From Bdellovibrionota bacterium (GTDB lineage Bacteria > Bdellovibrionota_C > UBA2361), in assembly GCA_044352465.1 (NCBI GenBank), contig JBILDU010000001.1, forward strand, positions 20,211 to 84,210: a stretch of DNA of 64,000 bases, given 5' to 3'. A program made the position numbers and the translations under genes. The stretch's first letter is position 1. Each line of letters opens with the position of its first letter. Below the pieces are notes generated by a model. That model searched no databases, was not told the origin of the DNA, and saw only the letters and a list, made by a program, of their open reading frames with translations. Positions 53,186 to 62,339 of this stretch are shown one piece after another.

Positions 53186-53830
53186 TTAAAACCGTGGCAT
53201 CGTTACGCCGAGCGCATCGAAGACGAATTCGAGTCCGTGGAATAGCGCGTAAAAGATGAGGCAAAAATAGGCGATCGTCACGATTGTGAGGCCGATCGAG
53301 ACGAGGACGAAGAGACCATCATCTTCGAGTTCGGCGATGCAAGCGGCGATGATCGCCAAAGCCGGTAAGGTGTTGTTAAAAGGGATTCCGAAAAATGGAA
53401 TCGCCATGAGGAGTCCCGCGATAATGATCAGAGCCCCGATGAGCTTATCGCCCCGTTCTCCGGCGAGAAGGTACTGTTGCCGCGGACGGGTAAAGCGCCC
53501 GCAGATAGAGACGACTTTACGACACACCCATAAGAGGCGTTGCCATGTTTTCTGGCCGGGCGCGATCGAACGAATCCGTTCCGGTAGCCACGGAGCTGTG
53601 CGACCATTCGCCAGTTGCCATCCCAGTGCGGCGAACGTGAGCCCGCCGATGGTTGCCAGGGGCCCGAGCGAGATCGGCTGCAGAAAAGGCAAACAGAGAA
53701 TGATGCAGATAAGGCTAAAGGTTGACTCTTTGAGGTTGTCGAACGCTTGCCCGAGCGTTAGCTCTTCTCGTTGCGCGCGGTCCTCACATTCAGAGAGCGT
53801 CTTGATAAGTTCTTCGTAGGTTACCGACAC
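53186..53830 (-). CDS. exoD: ExoD-family exopolysaccharide synthesis membrane protein
   Basis: The ~214-aa, 4-5 TM layout with the cytoplasmic N-terminus MSVTYEELIKTLSECEDRAQREELTLGQAFDNL... matches the ExoD family. Confidence 0.75.
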   Translation of the reverse strand: MSVTYEELIKTLSECEDRAQREELTLGQAFDNLKESTFSLICIILCLPFLQPISLGPLATIGGLTFAALGWQLANGRTAPWLPERIRSIAPGQKTWQRLLWVCRKVVSICGRFTRPRQQYLLAGERGDKLIGALIIIAGLLMAIPFFGIPFNNTLPALAIIAACIAELEDDGLFVLVSIGLTIVTIAYFCLIFYALFHGLEFVFDALGVTMPRF

Positions 53831-54495
53831 AAGCCTCCTTGGTTATCGAAGAGTTATGCCAAAAGACGGCGTGGGGGACAATCACCCGCGCCGGGAAAGC
53901 TCACGTACTAGAGTTCCGACCCGATGCGTCTTGACCGATGCAGCGCGAAAGTGCCGTTATCGCAGGTGGTTAGGCGGACGCTGCAAGATGTGAGCGCCTC
54001 CGCGACGCAGTACTCGTCCTAAAGCGGGTGAAAGTGGGGGGCCGAGAGGAGTCTCCCAGAGGGGAGTTTCTCAAGCCCTCCAAAGAAGCTCTTGATCTGA
54101 GGGAAAATCGCGCTAGACTGGCCGGCCCTGCCTCAATCGGTAGACCTTGCATTTTCGTCGCTCGAAGATAACGCGGCAAAAGCGTCAAGGAGTTGTTCCT
54201 TCTCTCCACCCAGTCGTCGCGTAGTTGTTCAATCGGTACGGTCGTTGACGCCCCGCGAAGGAAACCGTTCCTTCGCAGGGCTCGATCGTGCGTTTTCGGT
54301 ATGCACCTCGGTCACGGCGTCGCTCTGAGCGATGTGCATACACGGATCTGAAGGTTTTTCCCGATATCTCGCGGGCCTGTTTCCCAACGGCATAGCCGTG
54401 ATCGTTCGATCGCCGAGCGATCGCGGCTGTGTCGATTTGGGAGTCCGGGCCCAAAGCGATATCTGTTTTTTCATTCCCGGTGAAGGAGATTTCCG

Positions 54496-54990
54496 ATGAG
54501 GAAGGATTCTCGTAAGGCGACCCCTAAAGTCGCCGATCTCTTGACCCCGTTGGTCAACGAGATTCTCGAACGCACCAGCAAGTGTGTTCGAATCTGGCAC
54601 GAGAACGACATCGCGGTGGTTGGAACCGATAACCGCGATGTCACCGAGGTGGAGGCGACGATCACGGGGCTGTTGCGTGTGGTTCCGCGGGCGGAAGCTG
54701 AGGCTCGCCTGCGTGGACTGTGCAACTGCGCCGTGAAGCGCCCCAAGCTGCTCGACAAGCTGAAGCTCGTCGCCGCAGCGCTCGAAGGGGAACACCCGCG
54801 GGCTCGTCTCAAGGGGAAGCGCCACAAGCACGATGTTCGGCTGCTCACGGATGAACTCCGGGGTGGCCTTCTCGTGACGGTGCAGACCTTGTTCGAGCGT
54901 ACTGGTGCCCCGCAGCACAAGGTGACCCCGCTTGCTTCGGCTCGCGGTGTCGTTCCGTCGCAGGGCAGTCAGACCAGCGCAAGGAGGTGA
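54496..54990 (+). CDS. Hypothetical cytoplasmic protein
   Basis: ATG with AAGGAG 7 bp upstream. 164 aa with a protein-like composition; the overlapping minus-strand 318-aa ORF is low-complexity junk. Confidence 0.45.
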   Translation: MRKDSRKATPKVADLLTPLVNEILERTSKCVRIWHENDIAVVGTDNRDVTEVEATITGLLRVVPRAEAEARLRGLCNCAVKRPKLLDKLKLVAAALEGEHPRARLKGKRHKHDVRLLTDELRGGLLVTVQTLFERTGAPQHKVTPLASARGVVPSQGSQTSARR

Positions 54991-55117
54991 CCAGCACGGG
55001 TGAGTTTCCCCCGACCGGTTTGGGCCCCCCGGGTTTCGATCAGCTCGATCGTTACCCGGGGGGTTCTGTGGTTTCAAATTATTCGTGTATGCACGTCCTT
55101 TGACGTCGCGGCGGCGA

Positions 55118-55507
55118 TTAGAAAGCTCCGGTGCGGAGCATAACCAGCGTGCACGCTTCGAGAACAGCGATACCGTTTTCCGCAAGCTGTTGTTGGAGTG
55201 CCGTGTTTTCTGCGCCAGGATTAAAAATAACTCGATGTGGGCTCAGCTCAATGAGTCCTTGTGCGAGTCGAGTTGAGATCGTTGGACCTACATACAGCGT
55301 CACCGTGTGGATTGGGGTGTTTTTCGCGGCAAGAATTGAAATATCCGAGTATACCGGTCGCCCCGCAATTGAGGTGAGGCGCGGCGACATGAGATGCACC
55401 GTATGGCCGTAGTCTTCGAGCATCTGCATCGCCATGTAGGCATAGCGAGCAGGATTATCGGAGGCTCCTATGAGCGCGACCGACAGGGCGGTTGAAGCGA
55501 AATTCAT
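55118..55507 (-). CDS. CoA-binding domain protein (YccU/YneT-like)
   Basis: ALIGASDNPARYAYMAMQMLEDYGHTV is the CoA_binding_2 signature. Probable start at the Met at 55507. Confidence 0.75.
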   Translation of the reverse strand: MNFASTALSVALIGASDNPARYAYMAMQMLEDYGHTVHLMSPRLTSIAGRPVYSDISILAAKNTPIHTVTLYVGPTISTRLAQGLIELSPHRVIFNPGAENTALQQQLAENGIAVLEACTLVMLRTGAF

Positions 55508-55776
55508 CGACTGAATATCGCACATATTTCCGCACGGGCGAAACCGGAGGTGGAGTGTCGGTGGTGTGCTTCATTTTTGTGTAGGTGCTGTAGTCAGCTG
55601 AAAAAACTATACTTTTAGCCCCGTTTGGAGGCGGGTGCGCGTTAGACTAGCTCCCCGAATTCCCGTAAAATGAGGTGTTGGTATGCGGCGACGTCTCATC
55701 GTGAAGCGTCTGGTCGCAATACGAGCGGGGGACCTGGGGTTAAACACCGACAGGTTATCAAATTCAAAGAGATCGC

Positions 55777-57432
55777 GTGCGCTACACGGGAGTCGACACT
55801 CATCGTTCCTTCGATCCGGAGCATCCCGGTGCCGTTGGGCACTCCTTGCGAAGAATTATCTTCGACCAGAGCCGGTCGGAGTTCCAAAGAGCTGTCGACC
55901 TACTGGCTCTTTCGAAGCAGTGTCCCGCCCGCTCTCTCACTCCACAGAATCTCGCGCAGATATTTCTGGCCCTTGGAAATCTCGCCGAGCACGAACCGAC
56001 CGTGGCGCACTTTCTTGCTGACGGTGAGCCTCGCAAAGAACTGAGTCGCCTGATATCGATCGGCCAACGTCAACGCGATGGATTCGAGCCCCGCAACATC
56101 GCCGAGACTCTCCGTGGGCTTGCTTTTTTGGGGCGGGGTGACGAAACGTTTACCCATGCGCTGTTAGCTCGGGCAACCGGACTCGTGGATGATTTTGAGC
56201 CGGCTGATCTTGTGACGACCCTCGGCGCAGTGCGCATTATCCCACTCGACCGGGTGCATTTTCTTGAGGCCGCAAATCGTGTCCTGAGAGTGGCGGACCC
56301 GGATACTCAGTTCAACGAACTCGAGGTAGTGCTTGGAGCGTTGTATCTCACGGATCTACAGCAGGTCGACTCCGCTCATCTCTTTGTGGACTCGGCGATG
56401 CGTCGCCTCGATACCTTGGAGAGTCGACATATTGGAATCCTCGGAGCGGCGTTGACAAAGCTGCCTGAGGCATCAGACTACTATGCTCTCTCGGTAGCTG
56501 ATGAACTTGAGCGACGAATGGCTTGCGAGCCGGAGGCGGTTCCCGCTCGAGAGGTGGTTCAGGTGGTGGAGCTTCTTGGTCGGCGTGGCGCCTACCACAA
56601 AGGTTTTCTCGAAGCCTTTTGTCGGGAGTACGCCAACCGGCTGCATCAACTTTCGGACGACGAGTTGTGTGAGACGGCGCGTGGGCTCGCTCTTCTCGGC
56701 GAAGCTCAACCATCCTTTTTCCGGCGCCTTGCCGACGAGGCGCTCCTTCGCCTTGAGGGGCTCGATCCGGCGCACATCGCCGTTATTGCCTGGTCTTTTG
56801 CTAGTTTGGGTATTCGCAACGACACCATGTTTAATCGCTTGGCGGGAGCGATGCAGGGTCGGTATGGGGAATTTTCGCAAGCCGCCGCGGTCAACTTTGC
56901 GTGGTCGTTCGCGCCGCTCGACAACGTGGTTGCCCGGAGCGTGATCAGTCAAGCGGCGCGGCGATTTCGAAGCGATGAGACCGAGGTATTACTTGCTCGG
57001 CAGCTTCATATCGCCGAAATCGCTGTAGGAATAGTGAAGCCGGGGCAGTGCTCCGCTGAGATAATTGATCAAGCGCAAGCGGAAATCGGTGCGGGCGTGA
57101 TGAATGGGTTCGAGCAAGGGGTCCTGGAGAGCCTCCAGCGACTGAAAGTTCTGGGCGTCGCTGTCACGCCGTTTCAGGTGGTCGAGGGGCTCGTACCTGA
57201 TTTCGTTGTTTCACACGGTGGTCGGAAGATCGTGGTCGAATGTGATGGTACGAAGTTTCATCTGAATTCCGTCGGCGATCTGCGCGGCAACGATAAGATC
57301 CAAGACCAAGTCTTTCGCCGGTGTGGATACGAGGTTGTTCATATCCGCAGCGACGAGTGGTTAGGCCTCTCGCTCGCTGAGCGGGAGCCCTATCTTGCGG
57401 CCCGGCTCAATTTGCCGATCGGGCGGCTCTAA
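55777..57432 (+). CDS. Helical-repeat (OPR/HPR/FASTK-like) protein with C-terminal DUF559/RAP-like PD-(D/E)xK nuclease domain
   Basis: About nine ~36-aa repeats of pattern P..(I/L)A..L.(A/G)LA.LG...D..F..L. C-terminus VVSHGGRKIVVECDGTKFHL...GYEVVHIRSDEW matches the Vsr-like DUF559/RAP motif (E-x-D-G...H). Confidence 0.65.
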   Translation: MRYTGVDTHRSFDPEHPGAVGHSLRRIIFDQSRSEFQRAVDLLALSKQCPARSLTPQNLAQIFLALGNLAEHEPTVAHFLADGEPRKELSRLISIGQRQRDGFEPRNIAETLRGLAFLGRGDETFTHALLARATGLVDDFEPADLVTTLGAVRIIPLDRVHFLEAANRVLRVADPDTQFNELEVVLGALYLTDLQQVDSAHLFVDSAMRRLDTLESRHIGILGAALTKLPEASDYYALSVADELERRMACEPEAVPAREVVQVVELLGRRGAYHKGFLEAFCREYANRLHQLSDDELCETARGLALLGEAQPSFFRRLADEALLRLEGLDPAHIAVIAWSFASLGIRNDTMFNRLAGAMQGRYGEFSQAAAVNFAWSFAPLDNVVARSVISQAARRFRSDETEVLLARQLHIAEIAVGIVKPGQCSAEIIDQAQAEIGAGVMNGFEQGVLESLQRLKVLGVAVTPFQVVEGLVPDFVVSHGGRKIVVECDGTKFHLNSVGDLRGNDKIQDQVFRRCGYEVVHIRSDEWLGLSLAEREPYLAARLNLPIGRL

Positions 57433-57519
57433 ACCCACTTGGTGACTCTTCCCCTTGAGCGAGAGTAGATGGAGTTCCTCCCGCCACAAGAGCGTAGCCC
57501 GAGTGGCCGCTGAGCATGT

Positions 57520-58911
57520 TCAGCGTCTGCCGAGAAGATGTCGTAATGCTCCCTCAAGGTCCGGGAAAAGGAACCTATAACCGCTATCGGTGAGCTTTCG
57601 AGGTGTTACCTGAATGCTGGAGAGAAGCGCCTCTTCGGCTAGCTCACCCAGCGCAAGTTTTAGCATCGTGACCGGAACGGGCAATAGAGCGGGGCGTCGC
57701 AGAACCCGCGCAAGCGTTGCGGTAAATTCCTTATTGGTGCAAGGCTGAGGTGATACCGTATTAATGGCGCCGTTGAGCCGTTCGTCTAGGAGCGTCGCAT
57801 AGATCGCCCCGACCGCATCGTCGAGCGCTATCCAGCTCATGACCCCGCGGCCATCGCCAAGTGGACCACCAAGGCCGAGCTGAAACGGCGGCAACATTTT
57901 TTGAAGCGCGCCTCCGCGAGCGCTCAGAATAATCCCGAATCGCATGTGGGCGACACGCATACCGTGCTGGCTCGCTTGTCGGGCGCTGTCCTCCCACTCT
58001 TTGGCCAGGTCGGCGAGAAAACCCTGGCCAAGAGAGGCCCGCTCGTCGAGAGCCTCCTCCCGGCGGCTTCCGTAGATGCCGATGGCGCTCGCTGAGATGA
58101 ATGTCGTTGGGGGTGCTTTCGTTGCAGTGAGCGATTCCAGGAGAAAGTTCGTGGTGTCGATCCGACTTGAGCGGAGCGCCGCTTTGCGAGCACTCGTCCA
58201 TCGCCCACCGGCAATATTTTCTCCCGCGAGGTTGACGACGGCGTCGAAGCCCCCGAGTTTTGAATGCTCAATCGAGCGAGCGATCGGGTCCCAGGAGATC
58301 TCGTTTTCGTTTCGAGCAGGACGCCGCACCAGGTGGCTAACGGAGTGACCGAGAACGGAAAGTAGCCCACTGAGCTCTGAGCCAACAAGTCCGCTCGCTC
58401 CTGAAATCAGAACTTTTAAACCGCGAGCTGCCGGATATGCCTTTGAGAGCGCGATATCGTTTCGGGTAATCGTGTGTCGGTAGCGAAAGAGTGTGGTGAG
58501 TTTTTGTCGCACAAGCCATCCCCCCAGCGCTTGGCCGAGAGCTCCAAATGGGAGCGCGTACTCGATGGTGTCATCAAGGATCGCCCCACCCCGTTCTCCG
58601 GGAAGGATCGAGTGGGTGTGTCGCCACGCTCGAAAAGGCCCGGCTATCTGTACGTCGCAAAATCTCTGCCCCGCGATGTAATCACGGTGTTCCAGCCGCC
58701 ACGGAATCTGAATGTGCCGTAAGGGTCCGGGTCCGATCGGTATCCCCAGTTCGACGCGCGCCCCGTCACGTATGCCCCCTGTCGCAGAGCGCACCGTTAC
58801 CGGTTCAAACGGAGGGTTCAGTCGTTGGAAAGCGCCGGGACGCTCGTGCCATTGAAAGAGCTCCGCGGGCGAGCAGTCGACCTCAATCCGTTGGCGAAAT
58901 GTTTCGGTCAT
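57520..58911 (-). CDS. SRPBCC (polyketide cyclase-like) domain fused to TIGR01777/SDR39U1 epimerase-family NAD-binding protein
   Basis: An N-terminal ~150-aa SRPBCC-like region, then KVLISGASGLVGSELSGLL (Rossmann GxxGxxG) and a YfcH-like C-terminal DUF1731-type segment. Confidence 0.75.
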   Translation of the reverse strand: MTETFRQRIEVDCSPAELFQWHERPGAFQRLNPPFEPVTVRSATGGIRDGARVELGIPIGPGPLRHIQIPWRLEHRDYIAGQRFCDVQIAGPFRAWRHTHSILPGERGGAILDDTIEYALPFGALGQALGGWLVRQKLTTLFRYRHTITRNDIALSKAYPAARGLKVLISGASGLVGSELSGLLSVLGHSVSHLVRRPARNENEISWDPIARSIEHSKLGGFDAVVNLAGENIAGGRWTSARKAALRSSRIDTTNFLLESLTATKAPPTTFISASAIGIYGSRREEALDERASLGQGFLADLAKEWEDSARQASQHGMRVAHMRFGIILSARGGALQKMLPPFQLGLGGPLGDGRGVMSWIALDDAVGAIYATLLDERLNGAINTVSPQPCTNKEFTATLARVLRRPALLPVPVTMLKLALGELAEEALLSSIQVTPRKLTDSGYRFLFPDLEGALRHLLGRR

Positions 58912-58936
58912 CGAACTCCTCGCGGTTGGGCTATCG

Positions 58937-59407
58937 TCACGCGAACATCTTTTTGACGAGGTCGCTGGCGACCTTGCCGTCGTATTGGCCCGCGTATTTC
59001 TCTTTCAGCACTTTCATCACCCCACCCATATTCAGTGCGGGGTCGGTGGCGCGTAGTTGGGTGACGATGGCTCCAATCTCCTCGCCAGAGAGTTGTTTCG
59101 GGAGGAAAGCCTCGATCGTTTGTATGTCGGTGTTCAGAGTCGCCACAAGCTCAAGACGGCTCGCCTTTTCAGCGTACTCGATCTCTTCGCGGCGTTTTTT
59201 GATCTCCCGCTGTAAAACCTCAAGAATATTCGCATCGGGTAGGGGCTCAATTTTTTTGTCCATCTCCTCGTACTGAATCGCCGCCAGGATTCCGCGAATC
59301 GTATCGAGTTTTGGCTTGTCTTTGGCGCGCATCGCGTCTTTCATCGCCGCTTGAAGTTGGGCTTTCATCAGTTTCTCTCCATGGTGAGGTAGTTTAACTT
59401 GGAGCAC
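58937..59407 (-). CDS. GatB/YqeY domain protein
   Basis: KAQLQAAMKDAMRAKDK...LEVLQREIKKRREEIE is YqeY-like. Probable start at the Met at 59368. Confidence 0.8.
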   Translation of the reverse strand: MLQVKLPHHGEKLMKAQLQAAMKDAMRAKDKPKLDTIRGILAAIQYEEMDKKIEPLPDANILEVLQREIKKRREEIEYAEKASRLELVATLNTDIQTIEAFLPKQLSGEEIGAIVTQLRATDPALNMGGVMKVLKEKYAGQYDGKVASDLVKKMFA

Positions 59408-59513
59408 GTCACCAAGTGACGCTTCCTACGCTTGTCGATTCTGGGCCTGCGCCTGCGCTGAACTGCGCAGGTGAATCCTCGAGGCAGTCCCCGCTACGTC
59501 TCCGGCTCTCCCG

Positions 59514-59930
59514 CTAGCTCTTTTGCTCGTCGCGGTAGTCGCGCATAAATCGCTCGAGTTTCCGCGCGGTCTCTGCACTAATGAGGTGCTCCGTTTTGCA
59601 GGCGTCGATCTCAGCCTGTTCGGCGCTCACCTTCAACACGTCGATCAGGAATCGCTCAAAGATATGCTTTCGCGCGATGACACCCTTGGCCAGGTTTTCG
59701 CCGGTTTCGCTGAGAGTCAAAAAGCGATTCTCATCCTCAACGATGAGCCCCTTCGACTTTAAGCTTTTGAGGTTCGTAGAGGCGCTTCCGGTGGTGATAT
59801 TGAGGTGCTTTGCGACGTCGGTGACCCGGGCGTACCCCCGCTTCTCCTTTAATTCCAATATCGCCAGGAGGTGGTGGGCGGCGCTATGAGTAATGTTGTT
59901 TTCTTCAAACTGCTTCCAGACGTCGTGCAT
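59514..59930 (-). CDS. DtxR/MntR-family metal-dependent transcriptional repressor
   Basis: HTH ITHSAAHHLLAILELKEKRGYARVTDVAKHLNITTGSASTNLKSLKSKGLI and a metal-binding helical domain. 138 aa. Confidence 0.85.
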   Translation of the reverse strand: MHDVWKQFEENNITHSAAHHLLAILELKEKRGYARVTDVAKHLNITTGSASTNLKSLKSKGLIVEDENRFLTLSETGENLAKGVIARKHIFERFLIDVLKVSAEQAEIDACKTEHLISAETARKLERFMRDYRDEQKS

Positions 59931-59983
59931 CGTGGGCTCGTGTTTATTGGGTTGTTGAGTTTTTTAATCATATTTGCAGGTGC

Positions 59984-59999
59984 TTGCTATGTCAAGCAA
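59984..59999. promoter_or_regulatory. Candidate operator palindrome in the divergent regulator / SCO1 promoter region
   Basis: TTGCTatgtcaAGCAA inverted repeat (5-bp arms) in an AT-rich spacer between the DtxR-like gene and SCO1. Confidence 0.3.
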
Positions 60000-60134
60000 A
60001 TGCCGCAATGGTTATACTCAACTATCTCTATTTATTTTAGAAAGTTAGAGACGCACCCCGCGGCCTTGGGCGACCGCTTTGACCTTTAGAGACCCGGTTG
60101 GTAACGTCAGCGCATCTTTACCTTCGATGGCGGT

Positions 60135-60956
60135 ATGGGAGCGTTCATAGGCCGTTTTCTGTTGATAATTCTTGGGGTGCTTGCGGCTTCTATCGCCCCA
60201 TTGAAGCCTGCTTTGGCCCTCGAGAAGCCCGCCGAGGAGCTCGTTGAAGCTGGGCTTGCGCTTAAGCAGGGGGATAAGGTCAACCTGGACCTTGTTTTCA
60301 CCGATTCGAATGGGCAGCGGGTCCGGCTCGGCGACCTCTTTGCTCCCCGTCGCCCCGTCGTTCTCATTCCGGCCTATTATCACTGTCCCCGACTGTGCGG
60401 ACTCGTTCTCGATGGGGCGGTAAAGCTATTAAACGAGCTAGAGTTTACCCTCGGGGAGCATTATCAGGTTGTCACCCTCAGTTTTGACTCAACCGAGAAG
60501 CCCGAATTAGCCGACAAGTTCGCCGGGAAGTATCGGGGTAAGTTTAAAACACCGGTAGACGCTGAGAGAGGGTGGCATTTCCTCGTTGGCGAGCCGGGGC
60601 CGATTCGGGAGCTAATGGAGAGCGTCGGATTCCGATATCGGGAAGATAAAGGTGAGTTTGCCCATTCCGCAGCACTCATCTTATTGACACCTAAGGGGGA
60701 AATTTCACAATATTTCACTGGCGTCTCTTACTCCCCCAGTGATTTTAGGTTGGCGCTTGTGGACGCCTCGAACGGAGCTATCGGGTCGATACTCGACCAG
60801 GTATTTCTCTTCTGTTTTAGATACGACCACCTCCAAGGAAAGTATACGTGGGCCGTCTTTAACGTCGTTCGGGCGGTGGGTTTTGCCACGTTGCTATCGA
60901 TGGTGATTCTTTTCTTCCGCTTACGGCGACGAGAGAAGGGTGTCGCGGCGAGATGA
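60135..60956 (+). CDS. SCO1/SenC copper chaperone (thioredoxin-like), membrane anchored
   Basis: IPAYYHCPRLCG is the CxxxC copper-binding motif; a conserved His region and a C-terminal TM follow. Confidence 0.85.
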   Translation: MGAFIGRFLLIILGVLAASIAPLKPALALEKPAEELVEAGLALKQGDKVNLDLVFTDSNGQRVRLGDLFAPRRPVVLIPAYYHCPRLCGLVLDGAVKLLNELEFTLGEHYQVVTLSFDSTEKPELADKFAGKYRGKFKTPVDAERGWHFLVGEPGPIRELMESVGFRYREDKGEFAHSAALILLTPKGEISQYFTGVSYSPSDFRLALVDASNGAIGSILDQVFLFCFRYDHLQGKYTWAVFNVVRAVGFATLLSMVILFFRLRRREKGVAAR

Positions 60957-61025
60957 TTTTAGGTTTCTCGGCGGTTTTTCTACCGATGAACCACCGAGAT
61001 GAGCAGTTAAAAGGAAACTTACCGA

Positions 61026-62321
61026 ATGTTTCGTTACCTACCTGAACAGGCCTCTGAGTTCGCACCGAATGCGGACTGGTTACATAACCTTATCACCGAC
61101 ATCTCGGTGTTCTTCACGGTAGCGATCGTCGGCGCGATGATCTACTTCGCCATTCGGTACCGCCAAAAAGACGGCGTCGACCACGAGACCCCACAGATCA
61201 AGGGGAGCCATTTCCTCGAGATTGTTTGGACCGTTGTTCCCACGATTATCTGTATCTTCGTCGCCTATTATGGGGTCGTCTACTACCGCGATATGCGCGT
61301 AGTGCCGAAGGATGCTTTGACGATCAACGTCTGGGCGCAGAAGTGGTACTGGACCTTCGAATACGAGAACGGCAAAACCACCAAAGGCGAGCTTGTTGTT
61401 CCGGTCGGTAAGCCGATTAAGCTCGTCATGAAGTCGCGCGACGTCCTGCACAGCTTCTTTGTGCCGGCGATGCGTATCAAGCGCGACGCTATTCCCGGCG
61501 CTTATACCTATATCCCTTTTGTTCCGGTGAAGACCGGGGTCTATCAGTCCTATTGCACCGAGTATTGCGGCAAAGATCACTCCGCAATGTTGGCAACGAC
61601 CCGGGTCGTGTCCCAAGAGGAGTTCGACCAATGGGTTAACGACCGCAGCGAAGAGCTCGCCCTCATGGCCCTCAAGCCTGAGGACCAGGGTAGGAAGTTA
61701 TACGTTGCCAAGGGGTGTAATGCTTGTCACAGCCTCGATGGCTCTCGGGTTGTCGGCCCTTCCTTCCTCAAACTTTGGGGACGCAAGGAGAAGACCGCGG
61801 ATGGTGTCGAGTACGAGGCTGATGAGAACTATCTGGCCGAGTCGATCCTAAACCCGAATGCAAAGATAGTTGCAGGGTATCCGCCCAACGTGATGCCGAG
61901 CTATGCCGGGCAGTTGAGCGACGACCACATCAATCAACTTATCGCCTTCATTAAAACCCTCGATGGCTCAAAGCCGGTAGCTGCTGCTCCGGCGGTGACG
62001 GCCGCGGCGGCACCCGATCCAGCACTCGCTGCGATGTCGCCAGTTGAGCGGGGCAAAAAATGGTACAACGAAAAGTTGTGCGTCACCTGCCATTCGCTCG
62101 ATGGTACGAAGCTGGTAGGCCCGACTTTCCTTGGCATCTATGGCCGTCAGCAGAAGATGGTCGATGGAACCGTGGTGACAACCGACGACGCGTATCTCAA
62201 GAGCTCGATCTTGAACCCGATGGCGCAGGTCGTCGAGGGATATCCGCCGGCGATGCCGGGAGGCCTCCTCACCGAGGAGCAGATCCCGGATCTGATCGAA
62301 TTTCTTAAGACCGTTAAGTAA
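61026..62321 (+). CDS. coxB: Cytochrome c oxidase subunit II with C-terminal di-haem cytochrome c domains (caa3-type)
   Basis: CuA motif H...CTEYCGKDHSAM, then two CxxCH sites (CNACHSLDG and CVTCHSLDG). Confidence 0.9.
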   Translation: MFRYLPEQASEFAPNADWLHNLITDISVFFTVAIVGAMIYFAIRYRQKDGVDHETPQIKGSHFLEIVWTVVPTIICIFVAYYGVVYYRDMRVVPKDALTINVWAQKWYWTFEYENGKTTKGELVVPVGKPIKLVMKSRDVLHSFFVPAMRIKRDAIPGAYTYIPFVPVKTGVYQSYCTEYCGKDHSAMLATTRVVSQEEFDQWVNDRSEELALMALKPEDQGRKLYVAKGCNACHSLDGSRVVGPSFLKLWGRKEKTADGVEYEADENYLAESILNPNAKIVAGYPPNVMPSYAGQLSDDHINQLIAFIKTLDGSKPVAAAPAVTAAAAPDPALAAMSPVERGKKWYNEKLCVTCHSLDGTKLVGPTFLGIYGRQQKMVDGTVVTTDDAYLKSSILNPMAQVVEGYPPAMPGGLLTEEQIPDLIEFLKTVK

Positions 62322-62339
62322 GGTAAAGAGGAGCGCGCT

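Noticed and set aside
54120-54160. tRNA-like D-arm resemblance (CCTCAATCGGTAGACC)
   Set aside because: The flanking stems do not pair (CCTC versus GACC), and there is no T-loop GGTTCGAATCC-type sequence or acceptor stem nearby.
54436-54455. RNase P P4-like AGTCCGGGC motif
   Set aside because: The motif sits inside a simple local hairpin (TTTGGG...CCCAAA). The second conserved RNase P element (ACAGAAxCCGGCTTA or its complement) is absent from the region.
54229-55185. 318-aa minus-strand ORF
   Set aside because: Low-complexity, Arg/Pro/Ser-rich translation typical of a GC-rich antisense frame. It overlaps the RBS-supported plus-strand gene 54496-54990 and the ORF-free hairpin region.
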